NCBI GenBank assembly: GCA_964035545.1
Contig: OZ037765.1
Span: 32,735,504-32,799,503, forward strand
Source: Bugula neritina
Taxonomy: Eukaryota; Animalia; Bryozoa
Length of the DNA: 64,000 nt
Reading direction: 5' to 3'
Shown here: one piece after another, positions 63,449 to 64,000 of the stretch
Numbering within the stretch: position 1 is the stretch's first letter
Layout: the number at the start of each line of letters is the position of its first letter
The notes under the pieces: model-generated
What the model saw: only the letters and a program-made list of their open reading frames with translations
Databases searched by the model: none
Told to the model about the DNA's origin: nothing
Made by a program: the position numbers and the translations under genes

Positions 63449-64000
63449 TGGGTGGGTGGGTGCCTGCATGAACTTTCTAAAAGTTGTCCACCAACAGCTG
63501 TCCTTGCCTTCCCAGAGAGAGATTTTTTCAAATATCTTAAAGAATTCCTGACACACTTTACTTATATAGCATGAAAATATTCATTTATGTCTTAGCTATC
63601 ATTTTAACACTCTTTTAGGATTTCAGGTCTAAACAATTTTGTTTTATAACAGTTTTAGTGCATGCATGTCCAAAAAACTTCGAGAATTTTTTTCGCCCTT
63701 CTGTGACGTATTACACCGCAGTTGCGAGAAATAGATGGAAACGCCGCCTGTAAGACATTCGGGAAATAAGTATAGGCTATATTTTCCGTTGCATGTAACC
63801 TTAGTTTTAGCATTTTTTAATTTATCGGACGTCTGTCTAGCCCCCCCAATTAGTATTTTTTTGTGGAATTTAGGTTTTATTTCATAAACAAATTTCGCGG
63901 CAATAAATACATAGCTACCAACTTACCGTGTCCGAGTCTGTGCAGTGTAATTGTGATAAAGATAAACCTAATACAGAAATAACATAAATACGATATCAAT

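Noticed and set aside
60209-63531. Multiple minus-strand ORFs over the Gypsy element
   Set aside because: Antisense shadows of GC-richer gag/pol sequence with no recognisable motifs.
63450-64000. 3' LTR or a further element after the integrase break
   Set aside because: No similarity to 59097-59515; it may be another repeat, but no termini or coding motifs can be supported inside the window.

Overview
AT-rich, intron-rich animal DNA (invertebrate, probably lophotrochozoan; this is inference), not prokaryotic. I rebuilt exon chains by hand from GT-AG sites and codon phase. From left to right: (1) a 5'-incomplete plus-strand gene for a divergent Hv1/TMEM266-like voltage-sensor-domain protein (3.5-8.3 kb); (2) KRIT1/CCM1 (minus, 16 coding exons), head-to-head with (3) TTI2 (plus); (4) SNX27 (minus), tail-to-tail with TTI2; (5) SMARCE1/BAF57 (minus) with an unusual ~35x (M/I/V)APQQ tail, head-to-head with (6) TRMT10A (plus); (7) the 5' part of an apparently cytosolic LRR gene; (8) a transposon nest: a decayed RTE-type LINE carrying a Harbinger-like MITE, then a 3'-truncated Gypsy LTR element with tRNA-Leu PBS and a -1 frameshift signal. 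Introns carry many unrelated minisatellites close to splice sites, plus SINEs and foldback MITEs. The most promising novelty is the LRR gene: it is built from tandem ~620-bp exon+intron cassettes, each a phase 2-2 exon of 138 nt encoding two LRRs, nearly identical except at the predicted concave-face residues. That makes it a candidate diversifying immune-receptor system. The degenerate Hv-like voltage sensor is the second candidate. Gene identities rest on remembered similarity to human orthologues; no database search was run.
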